Positions 9,596 through 21,395 are shown, numbered from the stretch's first letter. The stretch: 64,000 nucleotides of DNA from Candidatus Poribacteria bacterium (GCA_965198175.1 OZ240245.1:3648001-3712000); one strand, 5' to 3'. The notes: a model not told the origin generated them from the sequence alone. Numbers and translations: made by a program.

Positions 9596-9871
9596 ATGGA
9601 ACCCGTAACGTTTCAACTGTACACCAAACCTGATTGTCCGCTCTGCGACGAAGCCAAGGACGCTCTCAAAAAGGTCGCGGAGGCATCGCCGATTCAGATC
9701 GAGGAGATTGACATCACATTGAACTTGGGACTGTTCACGAAATACAAGAACCTGATTCCTGTGCTAGAGCTAGAAGGGAAACGGTTGTTCGTGCATCGAA
9801 TTGATGTGAGGGCACTGAAGCGTAAGTTGATGTGGCGACGGCTACGTCAGAAGTTTTCGTATTCCCTGTGA
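9596..9871 (+). CDS. Glutaredoxin-like protein (DUF836 type)
   Basis: LYTKPDCPLCDEAK...IPVL; likely start ATG 9596. Confidence 0.85.
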   Translation: MEPVTFQLYTKPDCPLCDEAKDALKKVAEASPIQIEEIDITLNLGLFTKYKNLIPVLELEGKRLFVHRIDVRALKRKLMWRRLRQKFSYSL

Positions 9872-10009
9872 GGGTTGAGCGCAACAGATACATATATTTC
9901 AAGCGGTCATCACTTGATGCTCGACAATGATATATGACTCGTAGAATTCTGTCATCTTTTTCTCCATTTCCTGATGGACCTTGTTCGGATATGAGGCACA
10001 AAGTTTAGG

Positions 10010-10038
10010 TTGACTATCACGCCGGATTGTGCTAAATT
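10010..10038 (+). promoter_or_regulatory. Sigma70-type promoter
   Basis: TTGACT-17 nt-TAAATT with an extended -10 TG. Confidence 0.5.
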
Positions 10039-10134
10039 GAAATAGGAATTTAGAAGTCAATAACATCCGAGATGTGGGCTGCAGATTGTGACATTTGAAG
10101 CAGGTGCATAATCAACAAAACGGGAGGCCAAACT

Positions 10135-11145
10135 ATGGAATATCGCCCATTTGGACGGACAGGGCTGCAAGTTTCAGCAATTGGATTTGGTTGCTGGGAG
10201 ATGGGGGGCGATTATGGTTCAACTGATGAATCAGAGGTGACAGCGGCTGTACATCGTGCGATAGATTTGGGAATAAACTGTTTTGATACTGCTGAAGCCT
10301 ACGGTGGCGGCAAATCAGAAATGGCGTTGGCGACAGCGTTGGGACATCGTCGTAAAGATGTCATCGTCGTCACGAAGTTCGGCGTTGGTTACCAGAACGA
10401 TCGTCAAAAAGGGAAAGATAGCAGCCGGGAAATGGTGCATGCTGCCATCGATCGCAGCTTGAAAGCACTGAACACTGACTATGTAGATGTCTATCTTGTT
10501 CACTGGCCAGATCGTTCGACCCCTTTTGAAGAAACGATGCAGGCGCTTGATGAGATTGTGCAGCAGGGAAAAGTCCGCTACGTCGGACTCTCTAATTTCA
10601 CGCTTGATGAAATCAAGGCGTGCATGGCGATGCGACCGATTCATGTGTTACAGTACGGCTGCAATCTCTTTGATCGGCGTATGGCAAAATGGATTTTCCC
10701 TTATGCTCATGAGCAACAGATTGGCGTCATGTCGTACGGCTCGCTTGCGTATGGTCTGCTGTCAGGAACGTTCACGAAAGAGACGACATTCGGCGACAAG
10801 GATTGGCGCAGCAGGGACGAGTGGCTGCATTTGTTGAGATTCTTTACGCCAGAGGCTTTCGATCGTAACGTTGAAGTGGCAATTGAGCTTTCCGTTATTG
10901 GCGAACGATTAGGAAAAAAACTCCCGCAGTTTGCTCTCAATTGGGTTTTATCGAATCCGGCGGTAAGTACCGCACTAGTTGGGGCAAGGCGACCTATTGA
11001 AGTTGAGGAAAACATGGGCGCTATCGGCTGGAGTCTGACGGAGGGCGTGATAGCCGAAATTGATGAAATCTTTGCCGATCATGATGTTGATTTCGCCCCC
11101 AACACATGGGTGGAAGATATTGAGACCCCTGACGCATCAAGTTAG
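10135..11145 (+). CDS. Aldo/keto reductase
   Basis: Motifs GFGCW, FDTAEAYG, VTKFG, YLVHWPD, GKVRYVGLSNF. Confidence 0.92.
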   Translation: MEYRPFGRTGLQVSAIGFGCWEMGGDYGSTDESEVTAAVHRAIDLGINCFDTAEAYGGGKSEMALATALGHRRKDVIVVTKFGVGYQNDRQKGKDSSREMVHAAIDRSLKALNTDYVDVYLVHWPDRSTPFEETMQALDEIVQQGKVRYVGLSNFTLDEIKACMAMRPIHVLQYGCNLFDRRMAKWIFPYAHEQQIGVMSYGSLAYGLLSGTFTKETTFGDKDWRSRDEWLHLLRFFTPEAFDRNVEVAIELSVIGERLGKKLPQFALNWVLSNPAVSTALVGARRPIEVEENMGAIGWSLTEGVIAEIDEIFADHDVDFAPNTWVEDIETPDASS

Positions 11146-11334
11146 TGCGCCAGAGACGCGATTACCTTAGCGAAAGTGGGAAGGGGTATTCCATCCTTTG
11201 TAAAAACAATGGCTAGTCCGTCTAATCTGGGATGGCGGCTTATGAATAGTAGGTCAAGCAATGCCCCGTTGTGCGATTGATGCGTCGCTCCAGATGCTCC
11301 AGCGTCACAATCCTATGGATTGTTCCATCTCGAA

Positions 11335-13263
11335 CTAACCGTCGTGCCATCCCATGTTATACGTGGCGACTCTGAACACGGCGCTGATAATGCTCCAGAT
11401 GCAGCCCATTGAGTAGTCTCCCAGTATTAAGCCCGCAAAGAACGGGATGGCTTTGCGATATGCTTGCAACCCGCCGTACCGAAGGATGGAATACTTAAGC
11501 GCCCAACTGATCAGGACTGGCACCCAAATATAGACCATCTCACCCGGACTCATCCCCAATACATAACCGACGGGGTGAAGGGGCCACCACAGAAACCGCA
11601 TCTTCAAGGCTAGTAGAAGCCCGGTGATTCCGGCGCCAAGTCCCATGAAGCCCATTGTCACATAATCGTGTCCTTGAGGTACACTTAACCAAAGCTGGAG
11701 CCGCTGGGTAAAGGTTTCTTGACCTACTCTCAGGATGAACGAACGCGAATTTGCGGCGCCATGTTCATACAAGAGATGAAGGTAAATCAAAAACGTCACC
11801 GGTATGCCGACAGCAAGCGTGATAAGCATCGCTCGTAAGAGTTTTCGATTGTTGATGCTAGCTTGCTCGCCTATCCGAAAAGATTCTAGTTGGTTCGGCA
11901 TGGGATGATGGGGTTGGTCTCGATTCAGCCAGTAAAAGAAGGAGAGAATCGTCAAGTTTTGCGTCCCATACGCGCGCGTACCAAGCGATGTCACCATCGT
12001 CCGTGCGGGATTCAGGTGTAGAATCTCATGAACAGCGACGCCAAGACCAGCTCTAACCTTGGTTACGCCAATGGCGCTGCAACAGTATATGCCTAAGAAC
12101 AAAAGCAAGACCCAAAAGGAAAGCCCCGCCTTATATGCAAACCAGAGGAGTAACAGCACGCCACCGATGACGCCCAGGAGCGCAGTCCGATACCGCATGG
12201 GCTCGTTGATTTCATCGACTTGCCCCGTCCCCGCGAACGCTTGAGTGAAGACCCTTTTGAAATGTTTGCGTCCGACCCACAATGCAAGAAGCCCCAATCC
12301 GATCCACGCCCCCTGTGCCTGCTCATCAAAATAGAGACTACGCCAACCCATGACTCCCAGTAACATTCGCATCATTTTCTGTAGGAGAAAGAAGAACCAC
12401 GCGGAGAATGCGAGATCCAGCGGCATAAAAAAGGAAAGCCCAATGACAAATGGCTGGAAAGAGATGAGTGTCCGACCGGTATAAATCCAGGGTTTCTCCC
12501 GTGGGGTTATGTTTTGCCATCCCACCGGTATAGCAGGAATGAAAGGGTACAAACTGTGCAAGCCGTTCAGAAGACTGATTCCACCCGCGATACCAAAACC
12601 TACCCACATTAGCTTATTTTTGAAAAAGGACGATGGGTCTCTCCCCATTTCCAGAGGCATCCAGGTAATCGGATACGTTAGTCGCTCATGTTCCGTGAAT
12701 TGTCGCCTGATAAGGGTGTTGATGCAGATGAGGATGAAATAGATGACGAACAAAAAGGCGGACCAATAGAACATTGGACCAATCCAAGCCTTTAGGTGCT
12801 GCCGGGTGAAGAAGGAGGATTCACCGAGAAAGAAACCGCGCAGCACGCTCTTGTCATTCGTCGTGAACCATGGCGGGATATACTGCCAGAACAAGTTTCG
12901 CCAGTCATTTTCCACCGTATCGAACCAGAAAGGGTGGGCAAGGGTTCCGACCAATTTGTTCATGGTGGTATGCCCCGACACGGTTGTAACCGACACAGCC
13001 ATCACATAGATGACCAATAAGTTTGATGGGCTGAGCGCATGTCTTGGGAGGAATTTCTGCAGTAGGAGATTGAGGAGAATCAGGACAAACAGGGTGAAAA
13101 CGGCATTACTGAAGAGCGACATGTAGTTGTGCACCAGACCGATGACGAGGTTGTTTACCGAAACCCAATAGGTGTTTACGATAACCACAACGAGTCCGAT
13201 GACTATCACTCTCAGAGGAATATCAGTAGACCGCTTGTCTTCGACAGGAAGGAATTTTTCCAT
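11335..13263 (-). CDS. Polytopic membrane protein (DUF6785/DUF6784-like, putative transporter), paralog of 61983-63911
   Basis: 642 aa with many TM segments. Shares ERLTYPITW, HPMPNQLE and LRYGGLQAYRKAIPFFAGLILGDYSM with the second copy. Confidence 0.75.
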   Translation of the reverse strand: MEKFLPVEDKRSTDIPLRVIVIGLVVVIVNTYWVSVNNLVIGLVHNYMSLFSNAVFTLFVLILLNLLLQKFLPRHALSPSNLLVIYVMAVSVTTVSGHTTMNKLVGTLAHPFWFDTVENDWRNLFWQYIPPWFTTNDKSVLRGFFLGESSFFTRQHLKAWIGPMFYWSAFLFVIYFILICINTLIRRQFTEHERLTYPITWMPLEMGRDPSSFFKNKLMWVGFGIAGGISLLNGLHSLYPFIPAIPVGWQNITPREKPWIYTGRTLISFQPFVIGLSFFMPLDLAFSAWFFFLLQKMMRMLLGVMGWRSLYFDEQAQGAWIGLGLLALWVGRKHFKRVFTQAFAGTGQVDEINEPMRYRTALLGVIGGVLLLLWFAYKAGLSFWVLLLFLGIYCCSAIGVTKVRAGLGVAVHEILHLNPARTMVTSLGTRAYGTQNLTILSFFYWLNRDQPHHPMPNQLESFRIGEQASINNRKLLRAMLITLAVGIPVTFLIYLHLLYEHGAANSRSFILRVGQETFTQRLQLWLSVPQGHDYVTMGFMGLGAGITGLLLALKMRFLWWPLHPVGYVLGMSPGEMVYIWVPVLISWALKYSILRYGGLQAYRKAIPFFAGLILGDYSMGCIWSIISAVFRVATYNMGWHDG

Positions 13264-13403
13264 AGGCTCATTATCAATGTGTTATACCAAAATTGGCAAG
13301 CGATTGACAGCTAACTGGACGCTTCAACTTCGATAAATTGAAGTTCGGGGATTGAACAGAAATTCACTACAGTTTATGGTGATTCATAGAACAACATACG
13401 CCT

Positions 13404-14372
13404 TTAAGAGAGCAGGACGCAATCAAAAAAGTGTTTTATGAATCCCTCTGCGTTTACTTCTACACAAACACGGGCGTTCGGTTTCGGGCGAGGCTGCCCT
13501 CGACGCAAATCGGCGATCGTCATTCCCCGCGTCAGATGTCCCAATGTTTCCACTTCCACGAAGGCATCGGTTGTTTCAAAAAGGTCTGACTGGGTTAATA
13601 GACCGATAGGAAGTGCATCGTGAATATAGATTCCGTGAAACCCTTCGTGTTGATGATGATATGCCATACTCATTCTCGTGGCGTCCCGCAGAAACTGTGA
13701 CAGCTTATCACTCCGTTCACCGGCTTCAGTCTTCAAGCGTTCGCTAGTCAGGATTACCTTATGGGTCACATCCAGAGGCACAATTGTGATGGGAACCCCA
13801 AAATCAAGTACCTGTTGTGCAGCGTGGGGATCTACGAAGATGTTAAATTCGGCTGTTGTGGTGACGTTTCCGTAAGTTTCGAAGGCACCTCCCATCAACA
13901 CAATCTCTTTAATCTTCCGCATCCGCTCAGGATTTTTATCCATCGCTTTGGCGATATTGGTGAGGGGACCAACGGGAACAAGGACAAGCTCATTGGGGTA
14001 TTGACCGGCGAGATTGATGATGAGATCGACCGCCGGAGTTGTCGCCAATTCCAGTTCAGGTTCCGGATAGCACCGGGAGCCATCAGGTGCCAAGAGCTTC
14101 GTCACGTCTCCTAGACCGTCAGAGCCGTGCACGTGCGCGGCTGTCACGAGGGGTTTGATAAGCGGCTGCGACTCACCTTTCGCAACGATTGGATATTCAC
14201 ACAGATCCATTACCTCTAGAGTCAGCATCAGGTTGCGCGTGCAGAAATCAACGTGGACATTGCCGCTGACTGTCGTGATCGCTTCAACCTTTAAATCCGG
14301 CGAATGTAGCGCAAGGATAATCGCTAAGGCATCGTCCACGCCAGTGTCAGTGTCTAACAGGATACGTTGCAT
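13404..14372 (-). CDS. Inosine/uridine-preferring nucleoside hydrolase family
   Basis: Motifs DTDTGVDDALA, HGSDGLGD, GPLTN, AEFNIFVDP, HDA. Confidence 0.92.
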   Translation of the reverse strand: MQRILLDTDTGVDDALAIILALHSPDLKVEAITTVSGNVHVDFCTRNLMLTLEVMDLCEYPIVAKGESQPLIKPLVTAAHVHGSDGLGDVTKLLAPDGSRCYPEPELELATTPAVDLIINLAGQYPNELVLVPVGPLTNIAKAMDKNPERMRKIKEIVLMGGAFETYGNVTTTAEFNIFVDPHAAQQVLDFGVPITIVPLDVTHKVILTSERLKTEAGERSDKLSQFLRDATRMSMAYHHQHEGFHGIYIHDALPIGLLTQSDLFETTDAFVEVETLGHLTRGMTIADLRRGQPRPKPNARVCVEVNAEGFIKHFFDCVLLS

Positions 14373-14445
14373 TGATGTCGTTCCCCGCGAAGCGTAAAGG
14401 GTAAGCTAAACGGTTTCACCTCTGCTGCCAACCCTGCCCAAGATT

Positions 14446-16200
14446 TTAATCGGTCGTCAACAAGCCGTGTCCTTCCTTAATCACAAGTATCTGATTAGGA
14501 ATAACATTCCGGATTGTGTCAACCATACCGCTTGACCATCGCACTTCGATGAAGTCAATTGATTTTCTGTCCCCCAGCCCGAAGTGCAGACGGAGATCAT
14601 TCTGAGAGAGATAACCGGAACCGCTTCTCACCTCATCTGTTTGGACCAAGTCTCCCGCCTCTATTTTTACCTTAGCCCCGATGCCCGCCCGGTTGCTCTT
14701 GGTGCCGATTGTTCTAATCGTAACCCAATTGCACCGATTTCCCCCATCGTTACGGATAAGATCCGGCGTATCGTTCGCATTACTAATCAAAAGGTCTAGG
14801 TCGCCATCATTATCGTAGTCACCTGAGGCAAGTCCTCGACTGACTTTGAGCTGTTCCAGTGCACCCGGCGATTGGAGCAGCCCCTTGACAAATACACCTT
14901 TTCCATTATTGATTAGCAGTTGATTGAGTTGCGCATAGGTGGTTGTATCATCGTATTTCTCGACTTCATCTTGTAGGTGTCCGTTAGCGATAAAGAGATC
15001 TTTGTCGGCATCGTTATCGACATCGAAGAAGTCCACGCCCCAGCCTACGTACGGGAGGCTATATCCCATACCTGCGATGAACGATATATCGTTGAAAAAG
15101 CCGTCGCCACCGTTGCGGTAGACCGCGTTCGGTTGTTCTTGGTAGTTCAGCGCGACGAGATCGAGAAATCCATCGTTATCATAATCCCCGAAATCAACTC
15201 CCATTGTTCCCTGAACATTGCCATTTTCATCCGCCTCCACACCGGCGATCCACCCCACGCTCGTGAATGTGCCATCACCCTCATTGTGGTATAGCAAATT
15301 TTCGCCCGCATCGACCCCAACGTAGCAGTCTACAAATCCGTCATCGTCATAATCTCCGAAGACGACCGCCATGCTCCGGCTCTCGGCGTTGTACACTCCT
15401 GCCTCCCGGGTGACATCGGTGAAGGTACCATCGCCATTGTTATGATACAGGGTATCCGGCAACCCGGGAAAGCTCTCGGGTGGGCAGTATGTCCCCACTC
15501 CGTTTTGAGTGCAGGTTTTGTGCTCTTCAAAGCGAAAGTCGATATAGTTGGTCACATACAAATCTACAAAACCGTCGTTATCATAATCTGCAAACGCGCA
15601 ACCGAGACTCCAGCGTGCGTCTCCGATACCGGAACGCTGTGTTACATCTGTGAAGGTTCCCTCACCGTTGTTGCGATAGAGCACATTTCTCCCAAAATTC
15701 GTCACGTACAAATCCAAATCGCCGTCGTTATCATAGTCGCCGACAGCACAGCCGCTGCCGTAACCCGTGTCTCCAACACCTGCCGTTTCAGTCACATCGG
15801 TAAATGTGCTATCTCCATTGTTGCGGTACAGTTGGTTGGTCGGTGGCGTTTTTGAGGTGAAGCCGGGAAGGTCAGCACCGTTGACAAAGTAGATGTCAAC
15901 AAATCCATCCCCATCGTGGTCAAAAAAGGCAACCCCTGATCCGACTGTTTCCAAGAAATATCGCCGCCCACCTCTGCCATCAACGTGCCGAAAATCTATG
16001 TTTGCACTCTCTGTAACAGCGATGAGTTTTATGTAATTTTCGGTGTTTGTGCCCGCGTTCACGTCGATTAAGCCAATAAGTATGAGAAAGAATACGGTGA
16101 AATGTGTATCGCGTTGAACGTTAAGCCCAAGACGTAGTACGCGGGGCGTGATACATGATAGATATCGTGTCAGATTCCCTCCTTCCTTCTTTCCTCTCAT
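14446..16200 (-). CDS. CRTAC1-like FG-GAP repeat protein with C-terminal ASPIC/UnbV domain
   Basis: Repeated DYDNDGDLDLYV and LYRNNGDGTFTDVT units; C-terminal GSGYLSQN..LHFGLG. Confidence 0.9.
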   Translation of the reverse strand: MRGKKEGGNLTRYLSCITPRVLRLGLNVQRDTHFTVFFLILIGLIDVNAGTNTENYIKLIAVTESANIDFRHVDGRGGRRYFLETVGSGVAFFDHDGDGFVDIYFVNGADLPGFTSKTPPTNQLYRNNGDSTFTDVTETAGVGDTGYGSGCAVGDYDNDGDLDLYVTNFGRNVLYRNNGEGTFTDVTQRSGIGDARWSLGCAFADYDNDGFVDLYVTNYIDFRFEEHKTCTQNGVGTYCPPESFPGLPDTLYHNNGDGTFTDVTREAGVYNAESRSMAVVFGDYDDDGFVDCYVGVDAGENLLYHNEGDGTFTSVGWIAGVEADENGNVQGTMGVDFGDYDNDGFLDLVALNYQEQPNAVYRNGGDGFFNDISFIAGMGYSLPYVGWGVDFFDVDNDADKDLFIANGHLQDEVEKYDDTTTYAQLNQLLINNGKGVFVKGLLQSPGALEQLKVSRGLASGDYDNDGDLDLLISNANDTPDLIRNDGGNRCNWVTIRTIGTKSNRAGIGAKVKIEAGDLVQTDEVRSGSGYLSQNDLRLHFGLGDRKSIDFIEVRWSSGMVDTIRNVIPNQILVIKEGHGLLTTD

Positions 16201-16208
16201 CCCATCCC

Positions 16209-17825
16209 TTACTTCCGAGCTTCCTCATCTGTTTGCTTTCCTAATTGACGACGAACCCGCGCAAAATGGTCCAAGATCTGCTGATTGGTCGCATCAAGTT
16301 CAATGGCTCTTTGAATTGTTGCCTCTGCCTGCGCGTAGTCACGCATCACGTAATAAATTGATGCCAATGCGTCCAGATTTTCAGCAGTCGGCTCGGTTTC
16401 AACAACTTCTTGGGTAAGTTTTCGAGCGATTTCTAGGTGTGCTGCCGATTTTTTCGATTGATCGTGCTGGCGATAGAGCAACCCGAGCATCAGATGTCCT
16501 TTGATATATTTAGCGTCTACTCCAACCGCAGTTTCGTAAACTGAAATCGCCTCCTGTCTCTGATTATGATGGATATAAACCGTCGCTATTTTGTCGTAAG
16601 CTTCCAGAAGGTTCGGATCTTTCAAAAGCGCGATTTTATACTGATCGAATGCCTTCTCCGGCTGGTTATTTTCAAAGTAGATACCCGCCAATTCCATGTA
16701 TGCGTGCGGGTCATCTGGGGCTTCCTGGATTTTTCTCTCTGCAACATCAATCGCATCAGCAACCTGGCGAAGTCTTCGCGCTATCTCTCGTTCCTTCCAC
16801 GCCTCCTCAGGTCTTCCGAGTCGTAGATAACAGCGGGACAGGTTGTGGTGAAGCCGAAGATTATCCGCGCCTTCCGGCAACATTTTCTCGTATTCGTGAG
16901 CGGCTTCTCTATATTTGCCCTGTTGTTGATATACGAAACCAAGTTCAAAGCGGGCGAGCCTGTTATCGGGAGCGATTCTCAGCGCTTGCTGAAAATCTGC
17001 GATTGCTTTCGCATATCTCCCCTGTTTCGAATAAACTACCCCACGGTTACAGTTCGCTTCGAACAGGTTCGGCTGAAGAGCCAGCGCACGGTTATAGGCT
17101 TCCAAAGCGGCTGAAAACTCGACCTGTGTGACATAGATATTCCCCAACCCGAAATGCGCTTGGAACAAGTTTGGATTTAACTCAATCGCCGTTTGGTAGT
17201 GACGGATTGCCTCCGATTCACGACGCTGTCTCGAAAGGAGATCTGCCATTTTCGAGTGCAGCCAACCCAGTTCCGGATTGATTTCAAGCGCAGTTTCAAA
17301 ATGCGCAATTGCTTCTTGATGTTCTCTTCGCTCCGAGAGGATATGCCCGATTCCAACGTGAGCTTTCAGGACACGGTTGTTGAACGTAAGCGCCTTTCGA
17401 AATGCTTTGAGCGCTTGCTCTGGCTTGTCAGTTTTCCAATAAACGAAACCGATTCCACCGTACGCCTCCGCGGATTCAGGGTCTTGGTGGATTACTTTCT
17501 GGTACTCGGTCAATGCCGCATCATATTGACCCTGATTGGCGAGCGACTCCGCATGTTGGTAATGCCAGGGCGGCGACTCCGGAAGTTGGGCATCAATACG
17601 GAAATTGGAAAAAGCGAAGATGATGAGGTAGAGTGAGAAACGTACTGCGTGCCGTGTAATACGGGCTGGATTCAGCCGCTTGGGGTGAGCGATATTCATC
17701 CAACAATTGCGACAAAACACACATGCAAAGGCATGAATCCGCATAAGAATCATAACGCGATGTGAGATGCCCGATATGCGATGCGTCATAGTTCTCCTGT
17801 GCAAGCTACAACCAAGGGCGTCCAT
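16209..17825 (-). CDS. Tetratricopeptide-repeat protein (true start probably downstream of 17825)
   Basis: Many 34-aa TPR units (A....G..Y...G....A...Y..AL...P). Confidence 0.85.
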   Translation of the reverse strand: MDALGCSLHRRTMTHRISGISHRVMILMRIHAFACVFCRNCWMNIAHPKRLNPARITRHAVRFSLYLIIFAFSNFRIDAQLPESPPWHYQHAESLANQGQYDAALTEYQKVIHQDPESAEAYGGIGFVYWKTDKPEQALKAFRKALTFNNRVLKAHVGIGHILSERREHQEAIAHFETALEINPELGWLHSKMADLLSRQRRESEAIRHYQTAIELNPNLFQAHFGLGNIYVTQVEFSAALEAYNRALALQPNLFEANCNRGVVYSKQGRYAKAIADFQQALRIAPDNRLARFELGFVYQQQGKYREAAHEYEKMLPEGADNLRLHHNLSRCYLRLGRPEEAWKEREIARRLRQVADAIDVAERKIQEAPDDPHAYMELAGIYFENNQPEKAFDQYKIALLKDPNLLEAYDKIATVYIHHNQRQEAISVYETAVGVDAKYIKGHLMLGLLYRQHDQSKKSAAHLEIARKLTQEVVETEPTAENLDALASIYYVMRDYAQAEATIQRAIELDATNQQILDHFARVRRQLGKQTDEEARK

Positions 17826-17847
17826 TTGAGAGCAGGAGCAGATTCCG

Positions 17848-18651
17848 CTACGTCATCGATTTCACAAGCCGGAAACCAACATTGTGCACGGCTTGTATGG
17901 GTTCATAAGCGGCGCGGTTGGCGCATCGTGCCGCGAATTCACCGCGTGCAACCCACGAACCACCCCGAATAACCTTGCGTCTGCCACGTACTGGTCCTTG
18001 GGGATTCGTCGCGGGTGCATGTTTGTAGGTTTCCGGGTGGAACCAATCGCTGCACCACTCGTAGGCATTCCCGGCTATATCGTAACAGCCGTAGGAACTA
18101 ACGCCTTCTGGATAACTCCCAACAGGTGTGAGCCGTTTTAAGCGGCTTTCCGAGGTGTTTGCCCTTGAAGACTCCCACTCGTCCCCCCAGGGGTATTCTC
18201 GCCCATCCGTGCCTCTCGCAGCTTTTTCCCATTCTGCTTCGGTTGGCAGGCGATACGGCTCCCCTGCGAGTTTCTCAAGCCATTCCAAGAACGCTTGCGT
18301 ATCATACCACGTCACCCCAACGACGGGATAATCGGGCGAGTTGAAGCGTGAATCGGTGTGAAACTGAGGGAGCGGATACCTCGTCACTTCGACGAATTGC
18401 GAGTATTGCGCGTTAGTAACAAGGTATTGTCCAATACAGTATGCGTCGAGCATCACCTTACGCTGCGGTTCTTCGTGGTCAGTCTTTCTGAGTCCTGTGG
18501 GGATTGTTCCCATGAGGAATGGGCCTTCGGGTACCTCTACCAGCGGACAGTTGATTTGCGCAATAATTCGCTCTAGGTTCACTGACATTCTATCTTTCCA
18601 GGTACTCAACGTCGGAAGGCTGAACACGACGGATTGCTGCACAATAGACAT
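17848..18651 (-). CDS. Formylglycine-generating enzyme (FGE-sulfatase) domain protein
   Basis: Motifs FLMG, VTNAQY, RLPTEAEWEKAARG, GNAYEW, RGGSW, GFR. Lacks the CxxxxC motif of true FGE. Confidence 0.9.
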   Translation of the reverse strand: MSIVQQSVVFSLPTLSTWKDRMSVNLERIIAQINCPLVEVPEGPFLMGTIPTGLRKTDHEEPQRKVMLDAYCIGQYLVTNAQYSQFVEVTRYPLPQFHTDSRFNSPDYPVVGVTWYDTQAFLEWLEKLAGEPYRLPTEAEWEKAARGTDGREYPWGDEWESSRANTSESRLKRLTPVGSYPEGVSSYGCYDIAGNAYEWCSDWFHPETYKHAPATNPQGPVRGRRKVIRGGSWVARGEFAARCANRAAYEPIQAVHNVGFRLVKSMT

Positions 18652-18706
18652 TCATGAATGTCTGCAACTTGTTTGCCGTAACTGAAGGATTCGTGTGCCT
18701 TATGCT

Positions 18707-19420
18707 TCATGCCCTGCCATAGACGGGAATCGCCGCACCGTTGATGATGGCGGAATCTTCGGAGGCGAGGAACACGATAACTTTGGCGATGTCGCTCGGT
18801 GATACCCAGCGAGAGTGGTCTTCGTCCGGCATTGCCTTTCGATTCGCAGGCGTATCAATGATACTCGGTAGGATTGAGTTGACATTAATGCCCGAATCTT
18901 TTACCTCTTCTGCGATTGACTCTGTGAGTACACGGAGTCCACTTTTGGAAGCGCAATAGGCGCCTAGTCCAGCGATTCCGCTCAAACCGGCACGCGCGGA
19001 GACGTTCACTATCTTGCCATATCGTCGTTCAATCATCTGCGGAAGAACGGCTTTGCAGCATAAGAAAGTGGCTTTCAGGTTCAAATCCATCATGAACTCC
19101 CATTTCGCCACGTCTGTGTCCGTAACCGGAACCCCGCCAAAAAAACCGCCCGCGATATTCGCTAAAATGTCAACGTGCCCAAACTCATCCAATACGGTTC
19201 GAAAGAAATTTTGTACCTCGGCTTCAACCGTCAGGTTTGCACGAATGGTCATCACCTGTGACTTCAGATTGCCAATCTGTTGTTCAAGAGGTGCAATGTG
19301 GCGCTCGGAAGTGACAGGAATGGCTACCTTACAGCTTGTCTTAAGCAAGGCTTCTGTAACAGCTACTCCCAGTCCACCGGTTCCACCAGTGACTACAGCA
19401 AAACGGCTTGGATTTTCCAT
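18707..19420 (-). CDS. Short-chain dehydrogenase/reductase
   Basis: TGGTGGLG and YCASK motifs. Confidence 0.92.
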   Translation of the reverse strand: MENPSRFAVVTGGTGGLGVAVTEALLKTSCKVAIPVTSERHIAPLEQQIGNLKSQVMTIRANLTVEAEVQNFFRTVLDEFGHVDILANIAGGFFGGVPVTDTDVAKWEFMMDLNLKATFLCCKAVLPQMIERRYGKIVNVSARAGLSGIAGLGAYCASKSGLRVLTESIAEEVKDSGINVNSILPSIIDTPANRKAMPDEDHSRWVSPSDIAKVIVFLASEDSAIINGAAIPVYGRA

Positions 19421-19506
19421 TCTGAAATCCTTTCTCTCGAAATGTAAAATATCATGTGTGAGAACCTATGTCTTGAGGGATTCCGATCTCCCTTCATCTA
19501 CTTATG

Positions 19507-21297
19507 CTATCCATTCCGCAAGCGCTCTTCTAGTGATTCTAACTCGTGACTTAGCGCTTCTGGGAGTCGGTTCCCGAAGCGGCGATAATGTTCCTTGATG
19601 CTTCCGACTTCCTGAAGCCACTCTTGGACATCAACTTTTAAGAGGAGTTCCATATTTTCCGCTGAGATACCCGATCCATTGATATCAATTGCATCAGGGG
19701 TTGGCAGGTAGCCAATCGGGGTTTCCACCGCTTTTCCTTTGCCAGAAACACGTTCAAAGATCCACTTGATTACACGGCTATTTTCGCCATAGCCGGGCCA
19801 GAGCCATGAACCGTCAGCAGATTTTCTGAACCAGTTAACGTAGAAGATACGCGGTAACTTGTCTGGTTGTGTCTGACTGACGATTGTAAGCCAATGCTCA
19901 AAGTAATCCCCCATATTGTAACCACAGAAGGGCAGCATGGCCATCGGATCTCTTCTCAATTCACCCACTTTTCCAGCAGCAGCAGCCGTTTTCTCAGAAG
20001 ATGCGATTGATCCAATAAATGTACCGTGCTGCCAATTAAACGCTTCATGAACGAGCGGTACAACAGCGGCGCGCCGACCGCCGAAGAGGATTGCTGAAAT
20101 AGGTACTCCCCTTGGGTTTTCCCAATCTGGATCGATGGTTGGACATTGCGCCGCCGGCGCAGTGTAGCGCGCATTTGGGTGCGCTGCCGTCTTTTGACTC
20201 GTCGGCGTCCACGCTTCCCCGAGCCAACTGGTAACTTTCTCCGGAGGTTCGTCAGTCATTTCTTCCCACCACACATCGCCATCCGGTGTCAAGGCAACAT
20301 TGGTGAAGATTGAATTCGACTCCAGTGTAAACATTGCGTTAGGATTTGATTCCATCGAGGTACCGGGCGCCACTCCAAAAAATCCCGCCTCCGGATTAAT
20401 TGCATAAAGCTGACCATTTTCACCGAACTTCATCCATGCGATGTCATCCCCAACTGTTTCAACTTTCCAGCCTGGGATAGTCGGCGTCATCATTGCTAGG
20501 TTTGTTTTGCCACAAGCACTCGGGAAGGCAGCAGCAACATAAATCTTTTTTCCTTCGGGTGAAGTGATTCCTAGGATGAGCATGTGTTCAGCCAGCCAGC
20601 CTTGTTGACGCGCCATGAACGAGGCGATTCGTAACGCAAAACACTTTTTACCCAAGAGGGCGTTTCCTCCGTAGCCACTGCCATAAGACCAGATTGACGG
20701 CTCTTCAGGAAAATGCACAATATATTTGTTTTCCGGATCGCATGGCCAATCCACATCCTCTTGTCCCTTCTCAAGCGGTGCACCGACCGAATGAAGACAG
20801 GGAACGAAGTCGCCATCTTCGCCCAAAACCTCAAGCGCAGCATTTCCAATTCGAGTCATGATACGCATATTGACTACAACATATGGGGAATCGGTAATCT
20901 GAACCCCAATACGCGAAATCGCCGAGCCCAGCGGTCCCATGCTGTATGGAACGATGTACATGGTGCGTCCCTTCATGCTGCCGTCAAAAAATCCCTTCAG
21001 CACCGTTTTCATTTCGTCCGCATCGCGCCAATTGTTAGTTGGGCCCACATCATCTTCGTTTTTTGTACAGATAAAGGTTCGATCCTCCACACGGGCGACA
21101 TCGCCGGGATCAGACTGGGCTAAAAAGCAGCCGGGACGTTTTTCTTGATTTAACCGGATAAAAGTACCTGCTTGAACCAGCACGCCGCACAATTCGTCGT
21201 TTTCTGCTTGTGTGCCATCACACCAGCGAACATCATCTGGTTGACAGAGCTCCATTGTTTCATTCACCCAATTGAGTAGTTTTTCATTATTTGTCAC
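19507..21297 (-). CDS. pckG: Phosphoenolpyruvate carboxykinase (GTP)
   Basis: Motifs [50 protein letters not shown]. Confidence 0.96.
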   Translation of the reverse strand: MTNNEKLLNWVNETMELCQPDDVRWCDGTQAENDELCGVLVQAGTFIRLNQEKRPGCFLAQSDPGDVARVEDRTFICTKNEDDVGPTNNWRDADEMKTVLKGFFDGSMKGRTMYIVPYSMGPLGSAISRIGVQITDSPYVVVNMRIMTRIGNAALEVLGEDGDFVPCLHSVGAPLEKGQEDVDWPCDPENKYIVHFPEEPSIWSYGSGYGGNALLGKKCFALRIASFMARQQGWLAEHMLILGITSPEGKKIYVAAAFPSACGKTNLAMMTPTIPGWKVETVGDDIAWMKFGENGQLYAINPEAGFFGVAPGTSMESNPNAMFTLESNSIFTNVALTPDGDVWWEEMTDEPPEKVTSWLGEAWTPTSQKTAAHPNARYTAPAAQCPTIDPDWENPRGVPISAILFGGRRAAVVPLVHEAFNWQHGTFIGSIASSEKTAAAAGKVGELRRDPMAMLPFCGYNMGDYFEHWLTIVSQTQPDKLPRIFYVNWFRKSADGSWLWPGYGENSRVIKWIFERVSGKGKAVETPIGYLPTPDAIDINGSGISAENMELLLKVDVQEWLQEVGSIKEHYRRFGNRLPEALSHELESLEERLRNG

Positions 21298-21395
21298 TAA
21301 GTTTCTCCTTTTAAAGTTTCCTCGACCTGCACCGGTAGAACCCGCTCAGTTCGTTGCGAATTAATCCGCCGACTTCCAATTGTCAAATCTGCAGA